A stretch of DNA of 54,459 nt, filler included, from Basidiobolus ranarum (lineage: Eukaryota): assembly GCA_040143965.1 (NCBI GenBank). It is 3 parts of 3 records of this genome, joined end to end, with 100 filler letters (N's around TTAATTAATTAA, not from the genome) between each part and the next. Parts side by side here need not be neighbours in the genome. Positions count along the whole stretch, not along the records: positions 36,441 to 54,459 come from JASJQH010007160.1; 2 more parts are not named here. One strand, written 5' to 3'. Each line of letters starts with the position of its first letter. The stretch's first letter is position 1. The translations under genes were made by a program, and so were the position numbers. The notes beneath the pieces were generated by a model that did no database searches, was not told the origin of the DNA, and was given only the letters and a program-made list of their open reading frames with translations. Positions 37,037 to 49,506 of the stretch are shown one piece after another.

Positions 37037-37838
37037 TTATAAACCTAAATTTTTCCGTACTAAACCTTTTACGATGTTGTCAAACTCGTCTCTGTCAGCT
37101 CTCCAGATTTTCTATTGATCAAAAAAGGTCAATATATGTGCTTTAATTAGTAGTAAAGGTCAGCTTACGCAGGCTTCAATGTTGGCACCGCTCTCGTCAT
37201 TTGGTTCTGAGAGAATTCATTTTGTAAGAAACTATAGTTAGCATATATTCGTATACTGTTTGCGTACCTGCTAACATGCTGACTACTGAAAGTAATATCT
37301 TCTCAACTGATTGTACTGGACTCCAACGTTCAGAACTACTTTCATACATATTGGGATCATCACCAGGTGGATGTAAAATGGAAATACAAACAACTCCATC
37401 GGGGTAAACTAGATAAAGATACCAAGACAGTATGAGAAAGAGTGGAAAACTCATCGATGCTGAAAGAGGGTTGTATACCATTAGGGTGAAATATATCACA
37501 CGTAAATTTCATTGTTGGAGGTGATAGTGGATAATCTTTAGGGAAAGTAATAATAGCAGAGAATATTCCACCTTCGTAAGGTGTATCTTCAGGACCACTT
37601 TAGAGATGTTAAGAGTGGCTAAAAATGGCTTATTGGAGTGAAAATAACCTACGCAATCAATGCTTCCCATTCAAAAAAGTTATCCTCAGAGATAGGACCA
37701 GCGGTGATACCTTCGGGAGCATTTACAGTAAGCTCTACCAAGAGAAAGGTTTAGTTTATTGGATTTTTTGAAATTTAAACAGAGAAAAAATCCACCTCTA
37801 TATTCGGTCATCAACCGCTTTACAGCAGTGGCACCCAT
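37037..37838 (-). CDS. UBC7: Ubiquitin-conjugating enzyme E2 Ubc7/UBE2G2 (6 exons)
   Basis: [15 protein letters not shown]...[56 protein letters not shown]...[12 protein letters not shown]. Has the acidic-loop insert typical of Ubc7. Confidence 0.96.
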
Positions 37839-38514
37839 ACGATTGTACATTACTAATCTTTAAAAGCTACCAGTAAAGTGTAGGCAAAAGAAGGATTATC
37901 CAACGTTGATGTAGTTCAAATTGGTTTAGAATTGTTATTTTGTATATGGAAGTAAGTTAATTTAATATAGCCATTAATATAAACTAGGATCAGAATTAAT
38001 TCTAAATTGATATCATCTGTTCTTGGTAAGCTGAGATATTTTTATGCGATTCCAACTAAATTTGGGCTATTAGTATGGTGATGTATACAATGAGTTATTG
38101 ATAAAAACAAACTTAAAATAGAACAACTATATTTACATATTGACTTAAATATCCTAGCATAAACCTAACCCTAAACCTAATTGTATATGATTTGCTCTAA
38201 TAATAGCTATGGTATTGGATCACCGGTGACTGGGTGAGAAAGCCAAGTTAACTTGACAAAGAAATATCGAAAATGATCAGATATTAACTATATATGTACG
38301 AACTACAACAATGATGGATTGGTGTTTTGTGATTGCTGTTCCGAATTGGGCTTTATCATCACAAGTAGAATTCCCAAAATTCTGTATCTGTATGGCTTCT
38401 AGCTCGTTTGTAGAAAAAAGTGGTTCTTTATAAAAGATGTTACTTTCAGTCGCTTACTTGTAGTTTCTTATCTCTCGTTTGAATTCTCAAGGGCGGTAGC
38501 TACTATCCAACAAC

Positions 38515-39444
38515 ATGAAATCAACAGTCTATTCAATCTCGGCGATTCTTTTGAGTTTAGCTAGTCTCAGCAATGGTGTTATGTTCCCAACCTCTCCAGC
38601 TGGAGACACAGTCTGGAAAGTTGGTACCTCTGTTGATATTACTTGGGATGATCGAGGAGGAGCTCCACATATTAAAGATATGAAGCCTTTCACTGTTGAT
38701 CTTTACACTGGTTCAAACATATCCCAGCTCAAGTTGGCGGTTATCGCAACCAATGTAACAGCGGATACTACATCACTTAAATATACTGTTCCTGATGTTG
38801 TACCTTACGGAAAGCTTTACTTCTTACGGTTTACTTCCCCAAACCCAAAAGAGCCCAAGGATCCCTATATATATTGGAGTACTAGATTCACCATTACTAA
38901 CACCGATGATGCTTCCCCTTCTGTATCTGTGATTGCCACCGGACATTTAAGACATCCTACTTTATCTTTAACGGCATCCGATTCTGACAAAGCTTCTGCA
39001 GCCACATCATCCTCCCATATCCATGTCAAGCATTCTAGTACTGAGCATCACAAATCCACCGCCTCAGTAACTACGACCAGCACTAGTGAATCCGCAAGCT
39101 CTACTTCCACCAGCATTGCCACCTCTAAAAAAAGTGATGCTCCTCCAACCACAAAATCCACTCACAGCACCACATCAGTATCCACCACCAAAACCACCCC
39201 AGTATCTTCCACCAGCTTATCCAAGAAAACTCCTACCATCTCTCCTTCGACATCTGCTATCAGCTCTTTTTCGACATCTACTTCTTCAGTACCCTCCGCA
39301 ATCCACTCACCTTCAGTATCTTCAGGTTCTCTGGGCCCAGCAATAGTCCCACAGTCTGAAAAGAATGATCACAAGAATTCAGGTGCATCCTTGGCTCCAG
39401 CCTGGACCATCGTGCTTGGAATTGCTTCATTCTTTTTTATGTAA
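38515..39444 (+). CDS. GPI-anchored Ser/Thr-rich cell-wall protein with Kre9/Knh1-type N-terminal domain
   Basis: Signal peptide. Domain TSP..TVWKVG..VDITWDD...YFLRFT...WSTRFTI. Long S/T stalk. C-terminal NSGA followed by a hydrophobic tail (GPI signal). TATAAAA at 38429-38435. Confidence 0.88.
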   Translation: MKSTVYSISAILLSLASLSNGVMFPTSPAGDTVWKVGTSVDITWDDRGGAPHIKDMKPFTVDLYTGSNISQLKLAVIATNVTADTTSLKYTVPDVVPYGKLYFLRFTSPNPKEPKDPYIYWSTRFTITNTDDASPSVSVIATGHLRHPTLSLTASDSDKASAATSSSHIHVKHSSTEHHKSTASVTTTSTSESASSTSTSIATSKKSDAPPTTKSTHSTTSVSTTKTTPVSSTSLSKKTPTISPSTSAISSFSTSTSSVPSAIHSPSVSSGSLGPAIVPQSEKNDHKNSGASLAPAWTIVLGIASFFFM

Positions 39445-39821
39445 GTATACATAGCCATGAAAAGGGAAAGCAATCTTACATTATCTCAAATGTACGTATT
39501 GTAGAAGATAGTTGAACAAAATTCTTAATATACTTTAATATAAATAAATATTATTTCGGAAAACATTTTGATCAGAGGGGAATCCAATTCTAGTCTGCAC
39601 TATCAATACTCCGAACAAAAAAATGTCAGTTCATCGGAGGCGTACAGTTAAATTCACCTTATTATGCCCGCTTAAGCGAGGTAGGTAAACTGTGACTTCT
39701 GCTCCACCTCAAGACCACAAGTATAAGAACCATGTGGAATGCTATGATTTAGGTAGTATTCACTTGACGAAGTCTCTCTAATACGTTATCATCCAATCCC
39801 TTTTCTATTCCTCATCGCAAT

Positions 39822-40417
39822 ATGCAGATCTCCCTCTTATTTGTTGTTCTATTGACTTTTCTTGCTGCTGTCGAAGCATTTTCGGCACCACGCTTAATAT
39901 GCTTAGTAAATAGAGAGCGTACCTCACGTGGACTGAAACCGCTAATCCTGAACAAGTAATATGGCTTATAACCAGATATGTATATATGTATGACCTAACC
40001 GTTGCCTTTCCTCTTATAGTGACTTGAGTGAGGATGCACAACATCATTCAGAAAGTCAAGCCAACCGGCGTCAAGTCACCCATAGTCGTACTGATCGCCC
40101 AGATATGGGAGAAGTAGCTAGATCTCGTGGTTACAACTATCGTACCAAAGCAGAAAATGTAGCAGTAGGCGACCAAACTGAAGAATCAGTGGTTCGTAAA
40201 TGGATGAACTCTGAAGGTAAGAACCATACAATCATAGCCGTTGTTAAATGGCCCCGTGTACTAATTATTGCCGGTAGTTCATCGTCGTAATATTCTGACT
40301 CCAGGCTTTACTCATGCTGGTGCAGGGTTCGATCCCCGTGGTAACTACTGGACTCTTGAGTTCCTCGGAATGGATCAAAATAGAATTGACTATTCTCGCG
40401 TCCCAACCTGCCCTTAG
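39822..40417 (+). CDS. Secreted CAP/SCP (PR-1-like) protein, bacterial YkwD-like type (3 exons)
   Basis: Exons 39822-39955, 40020-40216, 40278-40417: signal peptide, LICLVNRERTSRGLKPL, AQHHS, AENVAVG, VVRKWMNSEVHRRNIL, HAGAG, YWT. Confidence 0.9.
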
Positions 40418-41182
40418 TATCATTATATATTTAGTTCTTTTTCCAAGCCATGACAACCCTATTAGTATACACTATTATTATAAATTAACATATAGATAAA
40501 GTAATATTATCATGCTTACCTAATTACTTGGCATATCTTCATTTAAGAGAAGGGTCGCGTTGTTGGCCTATGTTTGTTTTGAGAGTCAGACTCGGATGAA
40601 TTAGCTAATTAATTATCTCATCACAAATTAGTATTCCCATTATTACAAATTACCCTCCTTCTAGTTCTTCACTCAACCATATGACATTTACTCACTGTTA
40701 TTATCGTATTGGGTTCAACTTGAAATTATCGTATATATACCAAGTACTATATTTGCTAAATAGTGTACTTACCAAGATTCCTTCCAATATACAATAATAA
40801 TTGATTCCAAGAATAAACGCAATTAAGGGGAGGGGGTAAATTTCTGAGGAGTTATGTACAATATATGCGATTTCGTGCGTTATGACAGCTGTAACTATTT
40901 CCGTCAAAACAACTTGAACGCCTAACCTAGTCTATATCTCTTTTCCACCATTTCTATATTATCTAATTTATTCTAGATTCACTTCTCCTCATTCAGTTAG
41001 TTCTTACAGAAACTACCTGAGGAACCAAAAACTGCGTCTTCTCCTCTCTGTGTTAAATAAATAGCCAAGGAATAGGTAGAAAAGTAAATATTTGAAACAT
41101 ATAACGGTTAGTTGATTGTTCTTCCTAGCTTAAAGTTTGTGCTTGTTTTTGCTGAATGTTTTACTCTGCTTAACTTAATAGA

Positions 41183-44100
41183 ATGTCCGCTTCTGCAAAC
41201 CGTCAAAGTGTACTGATGAATGGACTTACTTATGACCAAACAAGCCGAAATCTTGCCCGTACGGTCACAATTGCTGCTGCACAGGGTCTACCTGTAAGTG
41301 GACAAGAGATCGGCTCGGATTCACAAGATAGTCGTAGATATTCAGTCACAGCCCTTTACTCCATGGCTGCAGAACAAGATGTTGAAGTGGAAGATGATTT
41401 ATCAAAAGGTAACAAATAAACGCCCAAATATTCTAGTTACAAGGGGATACTAGGCCCAATAGAGTCTCACTTGACTAATGTATATAATGTTAATAGCGCA
41501 AAAACGCTTAAGACAGTTAAAGTCAAGCATTTCAACTTTGTCTAAAAAGAACTTCACATTGGAGCGAGATGTCAGATACCTGGATGGAAGAATCGCTCTT
41601 CTAATTCAAAACCATATGGCCTTGGAAGATGTTAAGGTAAAACACTGAGTTGGGTTGACGTGAAGTTATTTCGATATTTATCATTGTTTCTAGGAAGTGA
41701 CATCTCACCTGGATGATGATGAAATAACTGACGGAGCTTATCCGGATGATCGCAAGATGCAGGTAACTGTCCGAACTGATTATTTTTGAATGTGCCATCG
41801 AGTAGAAGCAGCAGCTCAAAGTGTCAATTATCTAGCAATACGGTGGGCTTTTCTTTCTCCTTCAAACAGAGCCTCGACACGTTGCCACACTAGTCCGTTT
41901 AGTTAGCTTGGGTGAAATTGATACGTTATTGCAATACGAGATGTTCACTTTGTATGGTAACCAGTATGAATCTAGAGAAGAACATCTATTGCTTTCTATG
42001 TTCCAGGTGAGTTGATCCACTTCTGTGAAGTGATGAGAAATACGCGATATCTAACAAGTTTATGGCACTGTTTATGTAGTCTGTTTTAGCGAATCAATTC
42101 GACAGTGCCACTGATTTTGGTGGCTTGTTGCGAGCCAATACTCCCGTGTCAAGAATGATGAATACCTATACCAGGTAATGGATACAAATTAGTGAAATTG
42201 CTGAATGATGAATTAACCACAACGGGATACTCGATATGTAGGCGTGGGCCCGGTCAATCCTATCTCAAGACTGTTCTTTCCGACTGTATTAGTAATGTTA
42301 TAAAAGACAGAGATCGCAACTTGGAAATTAACCCACTCAAGGTATGACTCGGATACCATTTAATCCTCCACTTTCATCAGACACCAATCCTTATCGCTAA
42401 ACAGGTATATGAGCAAATTATATCTGACCTTGAGGACAAAGGCCTGCCAGTAAATTTGCCCCGAGGCGTGTCAGCAGAAGAAGCTCAAGCACATCCTCAA
42501 GTCCTCACAGTGCTAGAGCCTAGAATCGAATCTTTGATAGAAATCGCCAACATGTTTCTGACTACTATTATTGATTCTATCGAGTCAGTTCCGTATGGAA
42601 TTCGCTGGATCTGTAAGCAGATCAGATCCTTGACTAAGGTTTGCTAGACTAACATAACCAATCTTCGATTTACCTTTTTCCAACAATTTCTCTCTTAACT
42701 TACTTTTAGAGAAAATATCCAGATGCTACCGATCTCAGTATCTGCTCATTAATCGGTGGATTCTTCTTTCTTCGATTCTTGAACCCTGCCATCGTTACTC
42801 CCCAAGCCTACATGTTGATAGAAAAGAACCCATCCAAGCATCCTCGCCGAACTCTGACCCTGGTAAAGTAACTGCTCCGGTTGTGTACGACAACGCTGGC
42901 TAATACTTGCATTCCCAGGTTGCAAAAATGTTGCAAAACCTTGCAAATAAGCCATCATATGCTAAAGAGGCCTATATGATGACACTCAATCCTTTTGTCG
43001 ATAAAAACAAGACTCGAATCAACAATTTCTTGAATGAGTTATGTGAAGTAGGAGACTTCTACGAGTCTCTTGAGGTTGGTGTTTCAACAAGGTCTTAATT
43101 CTACGAATTTAACTAATGCATGCTCATGTATTTTAGATGGATCAATATATGGCACTCTCTAAAAAAGATATGTCTCTCAATATCACCCTCAATGAAATAT
43201 ACAGCACCCATGCTTTATTAATCAAACATCAAGCAGTTCTGGTATTTACATGCACTAATTTTGGTTCAATTAGTTTCGAGTCCTCAATAGATTTGTTTAC
43301 TGTAGTGTCCCAGTGACAAACAGCATGTGAAAATGTCTCTCGATGAACTCGGACCCGCCCCACCACAAGTTCCTCGTCACGAAAATTGTTCTATTGATTT
43401 ACCGCTATTCAGTCGTTGGGAAACTCCAATCAATGGTAATACACCTATCGATTAGTCCGGCTAAGCACTTGCTGATTTAACCTTGCTTTTTTGCTATAGA
43501 TGCTGAAGGGGCATCAGGAGCTGGAACCATTACTCAAAATGATATCTTGTATATGGAAGCGAAGTCCTTACTGGTGCAATTGATCAGAAGTTTACCTCAC
43601 CTTGCCGACAAACCTGTTACTTCACTTGTTGAAATTGCCGAGACCGCCGCGACAAGCAAAGACGGCTCACTAGTTCGTAAAGGTATCAAGATCAAAGGAA
43701 TGCTAAGTGAACTCACCAGCGTAGGCGTCATAGACCCTGGAGATAATTTTGAACTGATGACTCAAGAAGTCAACCAAGTAAGTCACTCATTGTACAACAT
43801 ACATCACCTCGAGAGATTACCAACCTTTTGCGAAGGAATTAGTACACCTGGGGAACATTCGTGAGAAGGTTTTACAAGAAGCTATCTCGCTGGAGAATGT
43901 ATACAAAACGATTTGCGACCACAACAATTACCTTCGTATGCAACTCGAATCATACAAGGCCTATCTTCAAAATGTTCGGATGCAGTCTGGTGGTAAGAAA
44001 GAGAAATCCAAAGTGCATATTCCAGGCCCCATCAAATTTAGTCATGGCCATCTGGAAAGAGATGGTGTTATTGTAGAATGCAACGTTCCAGAAAATAGGT

Positions 44101-44516
44101 ATTCTTATTTGAAGTTAAGCTAACTACTGCTCGTTAAATCTCACAACCTGTACCCAGGCGGAATAATATTTTCTTTAACATACAATCTCCGGTTCCTGGT
44201 ACCTTTATAATTGCGTTACATTACAAGGGTAAATATCTTTCAATGACCTTGATGTTTTCAAATGGGCAAATGCATTAACGCTCAATATTGCCTATAGGAA
44301 GGGAGAAGCCCATCTTAGAAATGGACCTGAAGCTTGATGATTTACTGGAGAAGGTGAGTTAAATACTATTACTCATTTAGCTATATACTTGACTAAACTT
44401 ATTGAACCTCAACAAAACAGCAACAAGATAATATTCACACCTTGGATCTTGAGTATGTCCAACTGAATGTGGGCAAGCTACTAAATTTGCTCAACAGAAA
44501 TTTTAACAAGCGATAA
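41183..44516 (+). CDS. GAP1: Gap1/Sar1-type RasGAP with RasGAP_C domain (IQGAP-related), many exons
   Basis: [103 protein letters not shown]. 5'-UTR intron ends at 41181. Confidence 0.92.
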
Positions 44517-45249
44517 ATTCTCCTTGGTGGTAAACATCATTTTAAGATTTTACTTTCGTTGATGGGCCCGTTGATGAATGTTGGCACACAAGATCTTAGC
44601 CTCGACTTCACTAGCACCTTGCATTCCAACTCTGATGCCATTAATGCTTTCTGACAATTGTATTCTTTTCACTCTCTCAAGATACGGGATACCATGACAA
44701 CTGTGCAATTGCTAGTCAATTCCAGTGCTCAAATTTACTACTACTCACCCTTACCATATTTTCTATTTGTTCATATTGCTTCCTGTCACTGTTGACCTGT
44801 TATGGAATCGATCCTAGTAATTATCGGTTATTGAACTCGGGGCTCCTTTGCTTATTGAATATCTTCCATTTTCGAATCTTTTTCAAAGTTCTTTTTGCTT
44901 TGCATAACATCATTTCGTGTTAGTAGACCTTTCTCTCTTTGGACCATCTATTGTTTTACTTGCTTCTTTGTCGTACTCAAAAAGAATATATTCTTCTCAT
45001 AACGAGGGTAATCTGCTTTTGTGTCTACATATATGCATGTTTAAGTCATCACATAATCATGATCATTCACTAAATCAAATGGATTTTTTTCTGTTCAAGA
45101 TTTCATTAATTTCAATAAAGGATTATTTATATACAATTTATGCCCCCTACGATTACTAATTGTACATTGATTTGATCATCTCTGTAGAGTTTCCACGCGC
45201 TGTGTTGTGACTCTCTTGACTATCTCCAAGTTAAGACAAAAAGGCAAAC

Positions 45250-46750
45250 ATGGCGAGCACTGAGAAAGTGGTGGATGGTTTCTTTAAACAAAGCGGTCAT
45301 ACTAACAATTGGGCAGTCTTGGTAAGAAAACATTTCATACATCTTACCTTGCAACGTAATAAATTAATATTATGAAGGTATGTACCTCGCGCTTTTGGTT
45401 CAATTACCGCCACATGGCCAACACACTGTCCATGTACCGTACGGTGAAAAGATTGGGAATCCCTGACTCCAATATCATTCTCATGTTGGCAGATGATGTT
45501 GCTTGCAATGCTAGAAATACTTTCCCTGGTACAGTGTTCAATAATGCAGGGAAACATTTGGATTTATATGGGGATAATGTTGAAGTGGATTATCGTGGTT
45601 ATGATGTTACAGTAGAAAATTTCATTCGTGTTTTAACTGGTAAGAGTCATCTTGTTGGTTGAAATCTGTCCTGCAAGAGGTTGGTTTTAAAGCGGCTTTG
45701 ATATCAAAGGTCGTGTTTCCCCTGAAGTCCCTCGTTCGAAGAGATTACTTTCTGATGATCGTTCAAATATTCTCGTTTATATGACTGGACATGGAGGAGA
45801 AGATTTCTTAAAGTTTCAAGATGCTGAAGAGATAAGTAGTTTCGATCTTGCAGATGCCTTTCAACAAATGTGGGAAAAGAAAAGGTAGGATTTTATTGCG
45901 TAGTATCTACTGGATATTCCTCTTATATGGTTAATAATAGATATAACGAGGTATTGTTCATGGTCGATACTTGTCAAGCCAATACCATGTATAGCAAAAT
46001 ATATTCTCCAAATATCCTTGCCACTGGAAGTAGTAAACTTGGCGAAAGCTCTTACTCGGTAGGTTAAATCGTCTTGAGTAGGGTACTTTTTTACAACGAG
46101 TAACGAACTTTCCACCCAGCACCATATGGATTCCGATATTGGCGTTGCCGTCATTGATAGATTCACCTATTATAACCTTGAGTTCCTTGAAAAGATCGAC
46201 ATGCAGAGCAAAGCTACGCTGAAGGATCTGGTATTATCTCCACTCTGTATAATATCTATTAGAGATGCTTACTGACCCGTTACTAGTTCGATACTTATGA
46301 CCCAGCCCTAATACATTCCTACCCTGGAATCCGCAGTGACTTATATAAACGTCCTCTAGATCAGGTTTGTCAGAACACTTGCTAATTATGTTTCAGCGAC
46401 GCTCACTCCCGTGTCTTCCAATAGGTTCATATTACGGATTTCTTTGGTAACGTTCAAAACATTGAACTTGCTAGTAGAAAGTACAACATCTCTGTCTTCC
46501 CTAGTGCAGGAGACAACTGCACAGCGAAAATCAACACTCCCGAGGTTTCTATCAATCCATCCACTTTTTGACATTCCGAATGAATACTAACCATCTTCAC
46601 TAGACCAAGGACACTGCCAGATCCACTCAGATAACACCGACTTATCATCTATATGAACTTCAGTTACAAGATCACACCTTCCCATACGAAATCCTTTCCC
46701 TTATCGTAGTATTCATACTTTTCTCTAAATGGTTTTATTCCTCCATTTAA
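45250..46750 (+). CDS. GPI8: GPI transamidase catalytic subunit Gpi8/PIG-K (legumain/C13 family)
   Basis: [23 protein letters not shown], catalytic MTGHGG and [20 protein letters not shown]-terminal TM ([12 protein letters not shown]). 5' end uncertain because no signal peptide is seen. Confidence 0.93.
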
Positions 46751-47164
46751 CCTGTTCTTATCCAAGCGCTTTATCCATATTGATTACATTGTCATCCAGT
46801 GTCAATAAACAGCTAAACAAATAGACTACGGAGTGCGGATGTACGGCCCACCGACTGGCCCCACTAATATATATATATATCTTGTGATACCTACATCGAT
46901 TGACCAATGGGAATTTCGAATTATTCAGTTCAGTTGCTAAATGTATATATATATGTATATCGTTTTATCCAGAAAATACACAACCCTAAAAGCTTAGTAG
47001 AGATGACCACTCAGAGACAGGCTGGAGATACCGATAGTTTTTTACGAATCAAAAGGTTCTCTTTTCCACATATATATCTCGATTTCTCATTTAGGAACTA
47101 GATTCAATTTACACAACTAGAATACATCGCTATTGCCAAGATCTCTGAACCAATAAAGTGTAAC

Positions 47165-47212
47165 ATGGATTTCGGAGCCTCCAAGGAAACCACTCTTCCT
47201 TGGAGCTGCTAA
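47165..47212 (+). promoter_or_regulatory. Candidate uORF (15 aa) ending 2 nt before the TLC-gene start
   Basis: aacATGg, a good context, gives MDFGASKETTLPWSC-TAA (47210-47212). Main ATG at 47215. Confidence 0.4.
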
Positions 47213-47214
47213 GA

Positions 47215-48306
47215 ATGGAGTCTGTCATGAACGAACCAACTTTGGAGCAATCCATACAAACTATCTTCAGAGAGTTTGGTTTAGAAAAGCTTGCCTTACA
47301 CTGGCAAGTAGTTGTTCTATCTGCTATTGCTTGTCAAGGAACTGTTTATTTGTCGAGTGTTTTATCACCGCTTCTTTTCCCGAAAACATACCGTTCCTTA
47401 TCTCCAATCAAGCAGAGAAGTTGGGATGTTCATGTTGTATCCATGGCCCATTGCATTATCATCTGCGCACTTGCCTATCCCCTTCGATTTGAGCCTGAAT
47501 TGGTGGCAGATAAACTCTTCGGTTATAATAGTCATGCTGGAGACGTTTATGGGATAGCTTGCGGGTATATATAAACGAATATAACTCTTACTGTTTTTCA
47601 TTTCTAACCTCTTCTTCCTTTAGTTATTTTCTTTGGGATGCCATCTTTCATTTGAGACACTTGAAACAGTTTGGTCTAGGCTTTGCGATACACGGCATTG
47701 CATGCTTTATCGTTTTTCTCAATGCTTTCGTAAGTATATTTCTTCTAGTTTGAAGTGTAGATAACGGTATGATCTTATACTAAATGGAATATATCTATCA
47801 GCGCCCGTTCCTTATGTATTATGGCTCAATTTTCTTGATGTTTGAACTCAGCACGCCATTCTTGAATGTTAACTGGTTCATGGTATATATATATGTCTTG
47901 TGTATTATCCAGGTGATTTAGAAGCAATAGTTAAACTTTTACTTGTATTTAAAGGATAAACTCGGATACACAGGTAGCCGTCTTCAATTAGTTAACGGTG
48001 TATGTCTTATCTTGACGTTCTTCTTGGCTAGAATAGTCTATGGATTTTGGTCTTCTTATGAAGTGTTTGGTAAGAGTTTACAGAGATTTAATGAAGGTTT
48101 AATCTTTAACCATATCCATATTCATACTAATATCATTTACAGTCGGAGTAAAAGCGGTAAGTGCGCAGGTTCCCTTACATCTAATGGTTCTCTATGGTGT
48201 AGCCAATATCGCATTGAATTTCTTAAATGTCATCTGGTTCATCAAAATGATACAGTCCATCATTTCTCGCTTCACTGGAAATAGGAAGAAGAGTAAGAAA
48301 TTGTAG
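47215..48306 (+). CDS. TLC (TRAM/LAG1/CLN8) domain membrane protein, TMEM56/Tda4-like (5 exons)
   Basis: SWDVHVVSMAH, ACG/YFLWD, FAIHG, RPFLMYYG..FLMFELSTPFLN, DKLG..GS.LQLVNG, TFFLARI, LNVIWF. Basic tail KKSKKL. Confidence 0.9.
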
Positions 48307-48604
48307 TTTTAAGTAGTTTTATCTTAATTTGACATATTCAATATCATTGATCAGTTCATTATTTTACCCAATGAGGGCACTTGATGACCCCGCAATAAAC
48401 TTATTAACCATTAATGGTTTGTATACTTTTGAGTACTTGATCATCTTATTCGTAAAAAAGGTTTATTATAGCTTATGGTATTTTGGGTATGCAAAATTTT
48501 CTGATGGTTCTAGAGTCCGAAAGTCCGAACATATTAGCATGTAATGAATGGAAATAATGTACTTGAGTGAATCGGAACAAAATCAATAAACAATAGGGAA
48601 ATTT

Positions 48605-48988
48605 CTATTCTACACTATCTACTGTAGGTAAAGTAAATATGTAATCTAGCTCGTTGGAGCCATTTAATATGGTAAAATAATGGCTGTAGGTCCATCCCTC
48701 CTCTCCTCCTACTCCTACTACGTAGTCCGTACCCGAATCGATATCCTCAGGGACCACCCAGCTAAACCCATTGAAACTGCTCTCTATGGCGCTTGTTATA
48801 ACTTCAACTACTTTCAGGTCGTCTTGATTCCCCCTGAGTAAGGCTATTTCCAATGTATCTAGTGGAGAGTCTGTGGGCTCCCATCGTAGGATACCTACCT
48901 CTCCCACTTGCCAGATTGTATTCGATACTGGATTGGTAAGGTAAATAGCTGAGACATATGGTGATAGGAACATCCAAAGAATCAACAT
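48605..48988 (-). CDS. Small secreted Kre9/Knh1-N-domain protein without GPI tail (127 aa)
   Basis: MLILWMFLSPYVSA signal. TNPVSNTIWQVGE..LRWE, IALLRG, FSWVVPEDIDSGTDY, YSHYFTI. Confidence 0.8.
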   Translation of the reverse strand: MLILWMFLSPYVSAIYLTNPVSNTIWQVGEVGILRWEPTDSPLDTLEIALLRGNQDDLKVVEVITSAIESSFNGFSWVVPEDIDSGTDYVVGVGGEEGWTYSHYFTILNGSNELDYIFTLPTVDSVE

Positions 48989-49506
48989 CGTAATTCGGAA
49001 ACAGAGTACACTAGTATTTAGAGGAAGCTTACACATTTTGATGTAGATATAAAGAAAATCACTCCAAGGTATCCGGCTTAATATAGAGAGAATGGGGTAC
49101 TTTAACAATCACAATATAACCATCAGGAATACTTTATATAAAGTTCCTGACTGAAAATCCAAGTAAAATTGGTATTTTGTATGTACATACTGCGCATATT
49201 CTATTATAAACACTGCTTCGCTTTCCCCTTCGCTTTCCCCGTCCCTTGATGATGAACAAGATCTACCAAACAAAATGGGATCCATTTAGTGTGCAGCATC
49301 TATACGCAGTAATATGTAATCCACATTGGAGCTGACTTGACTTATCTCTTGGTTCTATCTGAATGATCTTCTGTGGATGCATAAGTTATTTGGAGAGACA
49401 TATACTCGCTATCAGATAATGGAACTTGGATTTATATATTTTAATTGTGATTTCATTGTTGACTGACTTTCACCACTCATAGAACAATTGAGTTGGCGGG
49501 AGATAA

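Noticed and set aside
38161-38180. AAACCTAACCCTAAACCTAA telomere-like run
   Set aside because: Only three degenerate units, internal, with no supporting context.
40322-40340. GGGTTCGATCCCC, tRNA T-arm/B-box-like
   Set aside because: Lies in CAP exon 3 (codes AGFDPRG). No D-arm or acceptor stem.
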